Made by a program: the position numbers and the translations under genes | NCBI GenBank assembly: GCA_047947115.1 | Contig: CP170459.1 | Location: forward strand, 4,576,001-4,640,000 | Reading direction: 5' to 3' | From: Verrucomicrobiota bacterium | GTDB lineage: Bacteria; Verrucomicrobiota; Verrucomicrobiia; Limisphaerales; AAA164-E04 | DNA: 64,000 nt | Shown: positions 9,550 to 19,312 of the stretch, one piece after another | How the letters are laid out: the number at the start of each line of letters is the position of its first letter | Numbering within the stretch: position 1 is the stretch's first letter | The notes under the pieces: generated by a model | What the model saw: only the letters and a program-made list of their open reading frames with translations | The model's database searches: none | What the model was told of the DNA's origin: nothing

Positions 9550-10392
9550 ATGACAGATTCGGCACATCCCACAAAGGCAGTAACAGTCATCGCCCCCGGC
9601 CGACAGGGGTTGATGTCGAGTATGCGGGACCTCATTGAATATCGGGATTTGTTCGTATTCTGGATTTGGAGAAGCATTAAAATTCGATATGCACAAAGTG
9701 CTCTGGGTATTGGCTGGGCGATAGTCCAACCTCTGTTCAGCACCATCGTGTTCACCATCATTTTCGGGAACCTGGCAAAAATAAACTCGGACGGTTTGCC
9801 CTATGCCGCCTTTAGTTTCGCAGCTCTTTTGCCGTGGACATTCTTTGCCAACAGTGTGACAGAAAGCACCGGAAGCCTGATCCAAAACGCCAACATGATC
9901 AGCAAGATTTACTTTCCCAGGATCATTCTGCCCTTGGGAGCCATGGTGGCCAAGCTACTCGATTTCGCGATAGCCATGGTTGTCATGATTGCCATGATCT
10001 GCTGGTACCGTATCGTACCTGGAATACAAATATTGGCTCTGCCTTTTCTCATTCTGCTGATGTTTACCACTTCGGCCGGGGTGGGCATATTACTGACAGC
10101 GATGGCCATCCAGTTCAGGGATATCAAATACGGAATCAATTTTGCGCTTCAACTCCTGATGTATGCAGCCCCTGTGGTGTATCCCTTGAGCAAGGTTCCG
10201 GACAAATACCATCTCGTCTATGCTTTGAACCCAATGGTGGGAGTGATTGAGGGCTTTCGTTCCTGTCTGCTGAATTCACGTCCCCTTCCCTGGGAATTGA
10301 TCTTGATTGGAGGCGTTACCTCGACACTGTTATTGTTATTTTCCATCCACTACTTTCACACCAAAGAACGACTTTTTGCAGACGTCGCGTAG
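9550..10392 (+). CDS. wzm: Polysaccharide ABC transporter permease (Wzm)
   Basis: IKIRYAQSALGIGWAIVQPL, ISKIYFPR, FRDIKY, YALNPMVGVIEGFR. Confidence 0.92.
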   Translation: MTDSAHPTKAVTVIAPGRQGLMSSMRDLIEYRDLFVFWIWRSIKIRYAQSALGIGWAIVQPLFSTIVFTIIFGNLAKINSDGLPYAAFSFAALLPWTFFANSVTESTGSLIQNANMISKIYFPRIILPLGAMVAKLLDFAIAMVVMIAMICWYRIVPGIQILALPFLILLMFTTSAGVGILLTAMAIQFRDIKYGINFALQLLMYAAPVVYPLSKVPDKYHLVYALNPMVGVIEGFRSCLLNSRPLPWELILIGGVTSTLLLLFSIHYFHTKERLFADVA

Positions 10393-10435
10393 CCGAGGTT
10401 CAGCTTCCAAACGTTCCATTCCCTTTCATAGCAAC

Positions 10436-11713
10436 ATGACGAAACCACTCATTTCCGTCGAAAATCTATCAAAAGCCTACCGTATTGGTGCCAAAGAAGA
10501 TATTCCAGACACCCTGGCATCCGCGGCCAAAACATGGCTGAAATCCCCTTTCAAAAACTTTAAAAACCTCTCTCGACTCAACACCTTTGAAGGCACCGAC
10601 ACGAGAAACATTCATTGGGCGTTGAAAGATGTCTCCTTCAAGGTGCAAGAAGGAGAAGTTATTGGAATCATAGGACATAATGGAGCGGGAAAAAGCACTC
10701 TGCTGAAAATCCTTTCAAGAATTACACAACCGACAAAAGGACGAGCCGTCATCCAGGGAAGAATATCAAGTCTGCTGGAAGTGGGCACCGGTTTTCATCC
10801 GGAACTGAGTGGTCGTGAAAACATTTACATGAACGGCACCATCCTCGGAATGAAGAAAGTCGAGATCGACCGAAATTTCGATGATATTGTCGATTTCTCA
10901 GGCATAGGGAAGTTTCTGGACACACCCATCAAGCGCTATTCCAGCGGAATGAAAGTGCGACTAGCCTTCTCCATCGCAGCCTATCTTGAACCTGAAATAC
11001 TGGTCATTGACGAAGTGCTGGCAGTGGGTGATCAGGAATTTCAAAACAAATGCCTGGGCAAAATGCAGGACGTCGCAAAATCGGGGCGAACGGTGCTGTT
11101 CGTCAGTCATAACATGGCCGCCGTTGAATCGCTCTGCACCAGGGGAATCCTGCTCAAAAACGGAAGCATCGCTTTATCCGGACGAGTAGCGGACGTCACC
11201 ACTGAATACCTCAAACCCAAAGGAAGCGGCAATCTGGATCAAACCGCTCGCTTTAAGTCAGAAGACACCCTCATACGTGACATTCAACTATTGAATTCCA
11301 ACAACGAACCAACAGACGCCATTGCAACCGGATCCGACATTTGTTTCAGCATCAAACTTCAATCTGACCATCCCCTCAGCAACCTAACTCTCAGAATAGT
11401 ATTAACGACGGACAATGGAATTCGAGTCTGCAATTGCAATTCGAGAATTGAAACAAATCGACTTTTTGACGTTAAACAGTCCGCCGCCGTGGAAGCTCGC
11501 CTTACCCGGCAAAGACTCGCACCTGGAAAATATTTGGTTGCCGTCGGGGTTTTTCACCACGGAGAAGAACTGCAGAACGTGGACCCAGCATTTACATTTG
11601 AAATATTGGCTTCAGATATTTTTGGAACAGGACTTTTGCCCAGCAGTCGAAAAGCTGTCTATCTTCCCGAATGCGAATGGATCTTTCCGGGTCTGCCAAT
11701 CTCATCGAATTAA
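10436..11713 (+). CDS. wzt: Polysaccharide ABC transporter ATPase (Wzt) with C-terminal carbohydrate-binding domain
   Basis: GHNGAGKST, YSSGMKVRLAF, VIDEVLAVGD, VSHN; about 150 aa beta-rich C-terminal extension; ATG at 10436 chosen as start. Confidence 0.92.
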   Translation: MTKPLISVENLSKAYRIGAKEDIPDTLASAAKTWLKSPFKNFKNLSRLNTFEGTDTRNIHWALKDVSFKVQEGEVIGIIGHNGAGKSTLLKILSRITQPTKGRAVIQGRISSLLEVGTGFHPELSGRENIYMNGTILGMKKVEIDRNFDDIVDFSGIGKFLDTPIKRYSSGMKVRLAFSIAAYLEPEILVIDEVLAVGDQEFQNKCLGKMQDVAKSGRTVLFVSHNMAAVESLCTRGILLKNGSIALSGRVADVTTEYLKPKGSGNLDQTARFKSEDTLIRDIQLLNSNNEPTDAIATGSDICFSIKLQSDHPLSNLTLRIVLTTDNGIRVCNCNSRIETNRLFDVKQSAAVEARLTRQRLAPGKYLVAVGVFHHGEELQNVDPAFTFEILASDIFGTGLLPSSRKAVYLPECEWIFPGLPISSN

Positions 11714-11749
11714 CAACCCTCCACCACTGACAATTTCACCGAAAACACA

Positions 11750-12472
11750 ATGAGCTTTATAGGTAAACTCCTCAAACATGGAAAAAACGGCACGCTTTTC
11801 AAGACCCTTCGAAAACGCCTTTTCAATGCTGCAAATCATAAAAATGATGCTCCTATTGGAGATACCTACTACGGATCACGCGCCGAAGACTATCTGGCAA
11901 AACGTCATCAACAGGAATACTGGCATCTCGAGCAAAAACAAATAGTAAAAATGTTGTCTCGACTTCCAAAAGGAAGTTCTGTGTTGGATGTGCCGTTCGG
12001 AACTGGGCGTTTTGTCAAGGATTACTTGCAAAATGAGTTCAATGTGACCGGACTGGATGCATCTGAAGACATGCTCAAAGTGGCGAAAAAGGAATTAGGT
12101 GAACTATTCAATAAAATAAACGTATCGGTTGGAGATGCCACTCAACTCCCCTATCCCGATCAATCATTTGATTACGTCGTGTGCATACGGTTTCTAACCC
12201 ACATTGTCAATTACGAACAAGCGCGGGCCGTGCTCAGGGAGTTCCGCCGCATCACACGAAATCAATTGATTCTTCAGTTACGCATGCGCCTGGACAAATG
12301 TCCACCAACGGAATTCCCGAAACCTGACCAGCAAATCGGAGACCGTCTGAATCAAAATCAACTCAAGGACCTGCTGGGCGAGTTTGGATTTGAAGTGAAG
12401 CATATCGAAGTGCTCGAAGAGCGGGATACCTACTGTCGAGCCATTTTTCTTTGCGCTCTGTCATCAAAATAA
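11750..12472 (+). CDS. Class I SAM-dependent methyltransferase
   Basis: VLDVPFGTGRF, GLDASEDML, GDATQLPYPDQSFDYV. Confidence 0.9.
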   Translation: MSFIGKLLKHGKNGTLFKTLRKRLFNAANHKNDAPIGDTYYGSRAEDYLAKRHQQEYWHLEQKQIVKMLSRLPKGSSVLDVPFGTGRFVKDYLQNEFNVTGLDASEDMLKVAKKELGELFNKINVSVGDATQLPYPDQSFDYVVCIRFLTHIVNYEQARAVLREFRRITRNQLILQLRMRLDKCPPTEFPKPDQQIGDRLNQNQLKDLLGEFGFEVKHIEVLEERDTYCRAIFLCALSSK

Positions 12473-12490
12473 GATCCATTCAACATTCCA

Positions 12491-13447
12491 TTGAACTTGA
12501 ACGACCATCCAAAGATTGCGCCTTCAAAAGACCACCCTGACGTCATCCTCGTTGAGTGGGCGAAACGAAGCGGAAGCACGGATCCACTATGTTGCAGAGT
12601 GGATTTACTGGGGCCTCCTGCAGCTGGCAAATCCACGCTATGCAAGGCAATATTTGATACTCTGCATGAGGACAGCATGAACGGCTGGATTGATTTGAGC
12701 GAAGCAAAACAGAGAGCCATCCGACACGCATTCTCCAAAGCCATACCAAAGCCCACTGCAAGGACCCGAGTTTTCGAACTGATACGGGCGATTAAAAACT
12801 TTCTGACTGCCCAGGACGGTAACCTGGAGGCGATTCCTTACTTTTCAAGCAATTTCGATTACCTTCGGGAACGAATGATGGAATCTTTTGCCACATCCCA
12901 TCATTGTTTTTTAGAGGCTTTAGCCGAACAGTGGCATGACCCCGACACCCCATTACCCCCTAAATTCGAACGATTTCATCTCGTCCGGCAATGGATCAAG
13001 GAGTTATTGTTCATAACGAGTTTCGTCGGTGACACAAAGGTGATTGCTGACAACGCGAGGCTGACAAAAGGCATGGCCGAATTGCTTTCAAACCCTCGCT
13101 TTCAGAACGCGCAAAAAATTGTGTCCGAATACTGCCAGTCTCCCATGGCCCCCACAGGGATCATTCACCTTGCAGCCTCCGTCGAAACGGTGAATCAACG
13201 TTTTAAACAACGTCATAAGGAATCGGGCAGACTGAATCCTGGTCATGACTCGCGATCCCAAACTGAAATAGCAACCTATACGGCACGAAAGAACTCTGTG
13301 AATGAACATGCCATTGGCTTTTTTGAAAGCCAGGGAATTGCCGTGCTCAATCTCACGGCAGAGTCGGAGCTGCGAATGAATGTGAGTCAAGTCATATCCT
13401 TTTTGAAGGGGCTGCCCCAAAAAAAATCCATCAATGGACAGGCCTGA
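12491..13447 (+). CDS. P-loop kinase-like protein (nucleoside-monophosphate-kinase-like fold)
   Basis: DLLGPPAAGKSTL Walker A; IIHLAASVETVNQRFKQR lid-like motif. Confidence 0.55.
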   Translation: MNLNDHPKIAPSKDHPDVILVEWAKRSGSTDPLCCRVDLLGPPAAGKSTLCKAIFDTLHEDSMNGWIDLSEAKQRAIRHAFSKAIPKPTARTRVFELIRAIKNFLTAQDGNLEAIPYFSSNFDYLRERMMESFATSHHCFLEALAEQWHDPDTPLPPKFERFHLVRQWIKELLFITSFVGDTKVIADNARLTKGMAELLSNPRFQNAQKIVSEYCQSPMAPTGIIHLAASVETVNQRFKQRHKESGRLNPGHDSRSQTEIATYTARKNSVNEHAIGFFESQGIAVLNLTAESELRMNVSQVISFLKGLPQKKSINGQA

Positions 13448-14513
13448 TCATTCCACGACAATGAAACACATATTTCGAAGCCTACGAAGACGGTCCCATC
13501 AATTTGCTTTGCGTCACGCTCGTCAGAATCGTTTTTTTTCATCGGTTTTTTATGCCTTTTTCTCCCGGCGGTTTGACCGGGAACATGTTGGAGTCCTTCA
13601 AGGCCAGCAGCAGTTTTCCATTTCGAACGGCCCTGAGGGTTCCTGTTCAACGACCCTCAGGCGCAACACGCACCGATTGGAAAAGGGATTGATCATGCGT
13701 CCGAGAAAGGATGTTTTTGCTCTTGCCTACATTGAGGAGACAATCAAAGCCTACCAGCAATCGGTTTCCCATACCAACGGGCAGGCAAATGAAGAAATAT
13801 GCTGGGCTCATGATGTGCTGAAGGATTATTTCGACGTATGTGGGGCGCACCCATTGATCGATCGTTTACGCAAAACATTCAACAGCATTCCCCCCTTGCC
13901 GCTTAGATGCGCACCTGATAGGGCCAAGGCCTTTCACCCTTATCACCGCAACCTCAAGGCACCAGCTTCTGTCCATTATGATGAATTGCTCAAGCTCGCA
14001 GAACGACGTCGTTCAACCCGTTGGTTCAAGCAAAGCCCGGTCCCCAGAGAGCTCATTGAAAAGGCTGTCATCGTCGCCGGTTTATCCCCCAGCGCTTGCA
14101 ACCGACAACCTTTTGAATTCCGCTTTTTCGACGCCCCTGGCTTGCGCGAAAAGGTGGCTGAACTTCCAGGTGGCACAAAGGGCTTTGCGAATCAATGCCC
14201 CGTCATAGGTGTGGTTCTTGGTAATCTGGCGCATTACTACGACGAAAAGGATCGTCACGTCATCTACATAGACGGCAGCCTCGCCACCATGAGCCTGATC
14301 CTGGCTTTGGAGACACTTGGACTCGGTTCGTGCTGCATCAATTGGCCCGATATCGAAGAAGATGAAATTAGAGCCCAAAGTGTGTTGAACCTTACTACTT
14401 ATGAAAGACCCATCATGTTTCTTGCCATCGGTTATCCTGATCCAGAAGGAATGGTTCCCTATTCAGCCAAAAAATCAAAGGAACAATTATGTCGATGGAA
14501 TTACCTGGGATGA
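13434..14513 (+). CDS. Nitroreductase family protein (polysaccharide-locus type)
   Basis: RRRSTRWF, SPSACNRQP, YIDGSLATMSL...LGLGSCCINW; start could be 13461. Confidence 0.88.
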   Translation: MDRPDHSTTMKHIFRSLRRRSHQFALRHARQNRFFSSVFYAFFSRRFDREHVGVLQGQQQFSISNGPEGSCSTTLRRNTHRLEKGLIMRPRKDVFALAYIEETIKAYQQSVSHTNGQANEEICWAHDVLKDYFDVCGAHPLIDRLRKTFNSIPPLPLRCAPDRAKAFHPYHRNLKAPASVHYDELLKLAERRRSTRWFKQSPVPRELIEKAVIVAGLSPSACNRQPFEFRFFDAPGLREKVAELPGGTKGFANQCPVIGVVLGNLAHYYDEKDRHVIYIDGSLATMSLILALETLGLGSCCINWPDIEEDEIRAQSVLNLTTYERPIMFLAIGYPDPEGMVPYSAKKSKEQLCRWNYLG

Positions 14514-15676
14514 TGATCGAACTGTCAGGAACCAGTGTTAGGAACAAAGGTGCCGAATTAATGACGGCCGCCATTTGCCGGCGCTTCCTTCTACATCATC
14601 CAAGTATTCAGTTCGCAGTGCCGCAACGGTTCGGGACCGCAAAAGATCGATTCAAATATGGTATGTGGTATAAAATCAGCACGAAGAGGTATGCGCTGAA
14701 CCGAAAAATAACTCGTTCTGAAAAAGTTGCCATCCAGGCCGTTGAGATGATGCTGTCGAGGCGTCTGTGCACAGAATGTGGCATCGTTACGGACCAAGGC
14801 ATCAACGCTGTTCTGGATGCATCAGGGTTTGCTTTTGGTGACCAATTGCCCCTCAATCGAACACTAGATTTTGTTGAAGCTCTGAAACCTCTTAAAAGAA
14901 AGAAAGTGCCGATCGTGCTCCTTCCGCAAGCATTTGGCCCATTCTCACAGCCCTCGCACCAGGATGCCATGAAACAATTGATCGATATGACGGACCTGAT
15001 CTTTGCAAGGGATGATGTGTCCTACGGACACCTAAACCGTCTGTCCCAACATGACGAACGCATCCAGTGTTGCCCGGATTTGACCCTTGCGGCTGAGGCT
15101 CCCATAGCCCCTGTGGAAACCCAACGCCCCATCACGCTGATCCCCAATTCCAGGATGCTTGATAAATTATCCCCGGAAAATTCAAAACTTTATCAAGATT
15201 GTCTGGCTAAAATCATTCTACATGCCAAAAACAAAAACCTCCCCCTGCAATTACTCTTGCATGATCTCCATGAGGATCTTCAGTTTATTGCTCCCCTGCA
15301 ATACCTTACTGGTTCCGATATTAAGGTCGTCACAGACGATGATCCCATTCAACTAAAGGCAATACTAGCATCCAGCAGTCTTGTGATCAGCTCCAGGTTT
15401 CACGCACTGGCAGGGGCATTATCTTCCGGAGTACCATCCATTTCCATTGGTTGGAGCCATAAATACGATCAAATAATGAGTGATTTTCAACAATCCGAAT
15501 GGTCACTAAGCACCACCCAAGCATACGAGGATATAGAATCCGTCATGGATGCCATGCTGGAACCTGTAACAAACGCGAATATCTCCCAATGCTTAAAAAC
15601 TCAGATGATCGACATACGAGAGCAAGTGGGCTTGATGTGGCAAAAGGTTGATCAAGCGATTGGTTTACCTGGTTGA
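14510..15676 (+). CDS. Polysaccharide pyruvyl transferase family protein
   Basis: NKGAELM, DASGFAFGD, LLPQAFGPF, IFARD, CPDL, SSRFHA, GWSHKY; ATGA overlap with the upstream gene. Confidence 0.88.
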   Translation: MMIELSGTSVRNKGAELMTAAICRRFLLHHPSIQFAVPQRFGTAKDRFKYGMWYKISTKRYALNRKITRSEKVAIQAVEMMLSRRLCTECGIVTDQGINAVLDASGFAFGDQLPLNRTLDFVEALKPLKRKKVPIVLLPQAFGPFSQPSHQDAMKQLIDMTDLIFARDDVSYGHLNRLSQHDERIQCCPDLTLAAEAPIAPVETQRPITLIPNSRMLDKLSPENSKLYQDCLAKIILHAKNKNLPLQLLLHDLHEDLQFIAPLQYLTGSDIKVVTDDDPIQLKAILASSSLVISSRFHALAGALSSGVPSISIGWSHKYDQIMSDFQQSEWSLSTTQAYEDIESVMDAMLEPVTNANISQCLKTQMIDIREQVGLMWQKVDQAIGLPG

Positions 15677-15691
15677 ATCAAATCGAGAAGC

Positions 15692-16861
15692 ATGTCAAAT
15701 CCGATCATCTCACTTGTACAGTTCAGCGGAAAACGTGATGGGGCCGCTCTTAGCGCACTCGCCATTGGAGAAGGATTTCGTCGGCATGGATGCAAGTTGC
15801 AGATGATTTTTGGCACTGACGGTGAGGTTTTCGATTTGAGTCTGCAACGCGGGTATGAAACACATCTCTGGGAGCATAAGAATTGGCTAAGGGATCAACG
15901 TCTCGTTGGATTTGTCAAAAACTACTATCAGGAATCACGACGCGCCAAAGAACTACTAAACCTATTTCTAAAAAGCAAAACAGATCTGGTTTACATCAAC
16001 ACCGTAGCAAGCTTGGGCGCAGCCAGGGCGGCTTCTCTAGGGCATTTACCATGTATATGGCATTTTCGTGAACAATTTCAGGAACACGGGGGCGAATTGA
16101 AGGCTCCGGTCTTGATCAAACCGCTTTTGCCCCTCCTTTGGTCACGTTTCACAAAGGCATTTATTTTCAACACTCAAGCGGCAAAGAAATCGATGTATGG
16201 AAATCGGATCGGAGGCAAGGTCATTCCCGTTGGCATCAGTGACACATTTGGACAAGAACTGCCAGATCGCGATGTATGTCGCAACCAATTTAACTTACCA
16301 TTCAACGCAACCGTCATTGGCATACCCGGAGGTCTCAGAAAAGTGAAAGGTCATGATTGGTTCTTCAATTCGACATCCGATTGGTTGAAGGCAAATCCGC
16401 ATCGGCACGTGGCATTGGCGGGAACCGGTTCCGATGCAATGACACAATTTTTAACGCAAATGGTGTCCGATCTCGGTTTAACCGAGCGTGTTCACTTTTT
16501 GGGTTCCGTCAAAAACATGCCACTATTCTATCGTGCCTGTGATCTCATCTGCATCCCGTCCAAAGGTGAATCCTTTGGACGATGCGCGGTCGAAGCAATG
16601 GCGTGCCGCGTACCAGTGGTAGCCAGCGGCGTAGGAGGACTGAAAGATTTGATTCAACACGGTCAAAACGGAATGTTGGTTCCATACAATGATGGGCGAG
16701 GTTTGGTGAGCATTTTGAATGAAATGTTGAGAAACACCGATCATGTGTCTCAAATGGTGGATCATGCACATCTAGACTTTTCCTGCAAATACACAGAATC
16801 AGTTTACCAGGAGGCAATCTGTAGTCATGCGCTTCATGTGTGGCAACAATCCAGACCATGA
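15692..16861 (+). CDS. Glycosyltransferase family 4
   Basis: PSKGESFGRCAVEAMACRVPVVAS (EX7E motif), KGHDW. Confidence 0.92.
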   Translation: MSNPIISLVQFSGKRDGAALSALAIGEGFRRHGCKLQMIFGTDGEVFDLSLQRGYETHLWEHKNWLRDQRLVGFVKNYYQESRRAKELLNLFLKSKTDLVYINTVASLGAARAASLGHLPCIWHFREQFQEHGGELKAPVLIKPLLPLLWSRFTKAFIFNTQAAKKSMYGNRIGGKVIPVGISDTFGQELPDRDVCRNQFNLPFNATVIGIPGGLRKVKGHDWFFNSTSDWLKANPHRHVALAGTGSDAMTQFLTQMVSDLGLTERVHFLGSVKNMPLFYRACDLICIPSKGESFGRCAVEAMACRVPVVASGVGGLKDLIQHGQNGMLVPYNDGRGLVSILNEMLRNTDHVSQMVDHAHLDFSCKYTESVYQEAICSHALHVWQQSRP

Positions 16862-17754
16862 ATCACGATCAACCCTTTCCCTCCATCTTCATCATAGGCG
16901 CTCAACGGTGTGCGACCAGTACACTTTATGGACACCTGTCACAGCATCCGGAGATTTTCATGTCCAAACTGAAGGAACCACGATATTTCTCCCACATTCT
17001 TAAAGCACCGGACTTTAAAGGACCAGGGGACGATGAGCGTGTCAATAAGGCGACCATTACAGATCGTGAGCGATATCTCCAATTATTCAAAGATGCGCAA
17101 CCGCATCAAATGTGCGGCGAAGCCACCACCACCTATCTGGGAGATCCTCAGGCGCTCATGCAAATTGCCAGAAGAGTAAAGCATCCAAAGATCATCATCA
17201 TTCTCAGAAACCCATTGGAACGGGCTTACTCCAGTTACTGTTACAAACGCAATGAGGGACTTGAACCTGCCGATTCCTTTGAGAAGGCGATCAAAGATGA
17301 AAGCCGGCGCATCAAGGAAAACTGGGCTCCCATTTGGCATTATACAGCGCGTAGTAAATATCTGGAATCAACAAAACAGGCTCTCTCCACTTTTGGAGAA
17401 CAAAATGTCAAGATCATCCGATATGACTCTTTTGTCTCCGGGCCGGAAAGGGAATTGAGTCAATTGGTGGATTTTCTTTCCTTGAAATATCCTTTTCCGA
17501 CATCCCTCTCCATTCACTACAATGATTCCGCCTCGCTCATTCCGCAAAGCCGCTTTACCCAATCCTTCAAACGCTTCAGGTCAGGCGTTTTAAGGCTCAT
17601 GAATGGAGCATCCAACGCTTCAACCAAAAAAACATGTTCAACAGACGACATCGCCAAGGAGACGGTGACTCGATTACAAGTTGAATTTAGGGAAGACATT
17701 TTGGCATTGGAAAAGTTGTTGGATTGGGATTTATCAAATTGGATCTCACGATAA
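16858..17754 (+). CDS. PAPS-dependent sulfotransferase
   Basis: IIGAQRCATSTL (5'-PSB loop), KEPRYF, GEATTTY, LRNPLERAYS (3'-PB). Confidence 0.9.
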   Translation: MNHDQPFPSIFIIGAQRCATSTLYGHLSQHPEIFMSKLKEPRYFSHILKAPDFKGPGDDERVNKATITDRERYLQLFKDAQPHQMCGEATTTYLGDPQALMQIARRVKHPKIIIILRNPLERAYSSYCYKRNEGLEPADSFEKAIKDESRRIKENWAPIWHYTARSKYLESTKQALSTFGEQNVKIIRYDSFVSGPERELSQLVDFLSLKYPFPTSLSIHYNDSASLIPQSRFTQSFKRFRSGVLRLMNGASNASTKKTCSTDDIAKETVTRLQVEFREDILALEKLLDWDLSNWISR

Positions 17755-17760
17755 TCATCC

Positions 17761-18705
17761 ATGGAATCGCTGGACAACCATACATACCACCTCGTTTATC
17801 ATGACATCGGATACGAGCACAATAAGTTCACCCGGTGGATCAATTCGATGGTAACCCCGGAAGTCTTTGCTGAACACATTGAGCAACTTTGTGAATTGGG
17901 AACCATTTGTTCGTTGAACGAAGCATTTGTCGAAAACAAGAGCAATAGACCAAGATTTGTCATCTGGTTTGACGACGCCTACGCAGGGACTTACAAATAT
18001 GCGTCATCCATTTGCCGGGAAAAAGGGATTGTGGCATCCCTTGCGGTGAACTCTCAATTTGCACTACGCGCCAGTTGCTTTTGGAGATGCGAATTAAGCT
18101 GGTTATTGGAAACTCATACGTCATTGGAAGTGTCGGACAGATTGCTGTTATCCCAGCATCTAAGCCCAGGCAATATCTGGAACGAAACACTCAACCAATA
18201 TGGTCCGGAAATGCATTGTCGCATTTCATACATATTCAAGTCCAAATCTTCCCTTGCCGAACGCAACACCTGCCATGAAACCTTTATGGAGGAGGGACGG
18301 ATCCGTGAACTTGCTAACAATGGATGGACCATTTGCAATCACACAGCCAACCACTCCGCGCTTGTCTCGCCCGAAGGGTTGAACGCTTTTATGGATGACT
18401 TCCATCAGAATAAAGCATTTGTCCAGGAGGTAGGAGGGGAAGGCGACACCTGGGTTCTACCCTTTGACTATGGAATAGTCAGAAAATCGGCCGACGTGCA
18501 TCTGAAACCATTACTCGCTTCCTGTAAACATTTGATAAGGGCGTTTTATTTCTCTGAAAACAACAATGCTATTCCACGAATCACAATCACTGGACATCAA
18601 AACGCCCTGACTCAGATCCACCGGGCAATCAAGCCCAAAAACAATTCAGTATTTAAGCGCATAAAAATGTTGCTCAGTCATTTCAAGAATATAAAGTGTA
18701 AATAA
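17761..18705 (+). CDS. Polysaccharide deacetylase (CE4/NodB-like)
   Basis: LVYHDI, WFDDAY, CNHTANH motifs. Confidence 0.78.
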   Translation: MESLDNHTYHLVYHDIGYEHNKFTRWINSMVTPEVFAEHIEQLCELGTICSLNEAFVENKSNRPRFVIWFDDAYAGTYKYASSICREKGIVASLAVNSQFALRASCFWRCELSWLLETHTSLEVSDRLLLSQHLSPGNIWNETLNQYGPEMHCRISYIFKSKSSLAERNTCHETFMEEGRIRELANNGWTICNHTANHSALVSPEGLNAFMDDFHQNKAFVQEVGGEGDTWVLPFDYGIVRKSADVHLKPLLASCKHLIRAFYFSENNNAIPRITITGHQNALTQIHRAIKPKNNSVFKRIKMLLSHFKNIKCK

Positions 18706-18719
18706 TCAATGCTTTACAC

Positions 18720-18930
18720 TGATTGCCACATTTTTCTGTGCCAGGCGAAAATCTTCCCCCAGGAGATCCGCCATTGAGCTGTGATCAAGCCAATGCCGAT
18801 GCAAACGCCACTCGCTGCCTGGATCAATCAATCGATAAGTCACCAAGGTTTGCAAAACCAAATGCCACGGAATGCCATTCCTGCTTTTCCCCAAACGTTG
18901 TTCCCAAAACTCATCCAATGTTCCAGAGGA
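18720..18930 (-). mobile_element. IS1634-family transposase internal fragment (degenerate remnant)
   Basis: LDEFWEQRLGKSRNGIPWHLVLQTLVTYRLIDPGSEWRLHRHWLDHSSMADLLGEDFRLAQKN resembles the IS1634 N-terminal region; no DDE domain or IRs seen; limits approximate. Confidence 0.75.
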
Positions 18931-19312
18931 GGGTGCATTAGGGTAGCCTTCACCACAAGCTATTTTGAACCACAACACCCCGTCGTTATTGATCAAAACC
19001 TCTCTCTCCCCCCAAAAACAGTTGGTTTTACTCCCGAATAGCGAAAGTCGGGCTAGTGACGAAGTGACACTGAGTTTTTTGCTGAAATTACTTTTGGCAA
19101 ACATTAGACAAAAATACCCCAGTCCCTTTATTCAAGCCCGGCATGATCAACAGCTTTCCCTCGTAGATGCGATTAACATGGACGTGACGGATAGATGCAC
19201 CTTTCCCACAAAATCCATTCCCCTCAAGAGTTTTTGCCCTGGAATATTATAAAAACACAGCCCCAATCTTGGTGTTGGTGGAATGGGCATCAGCGGTGAA
19301 TCTTAAACACAT

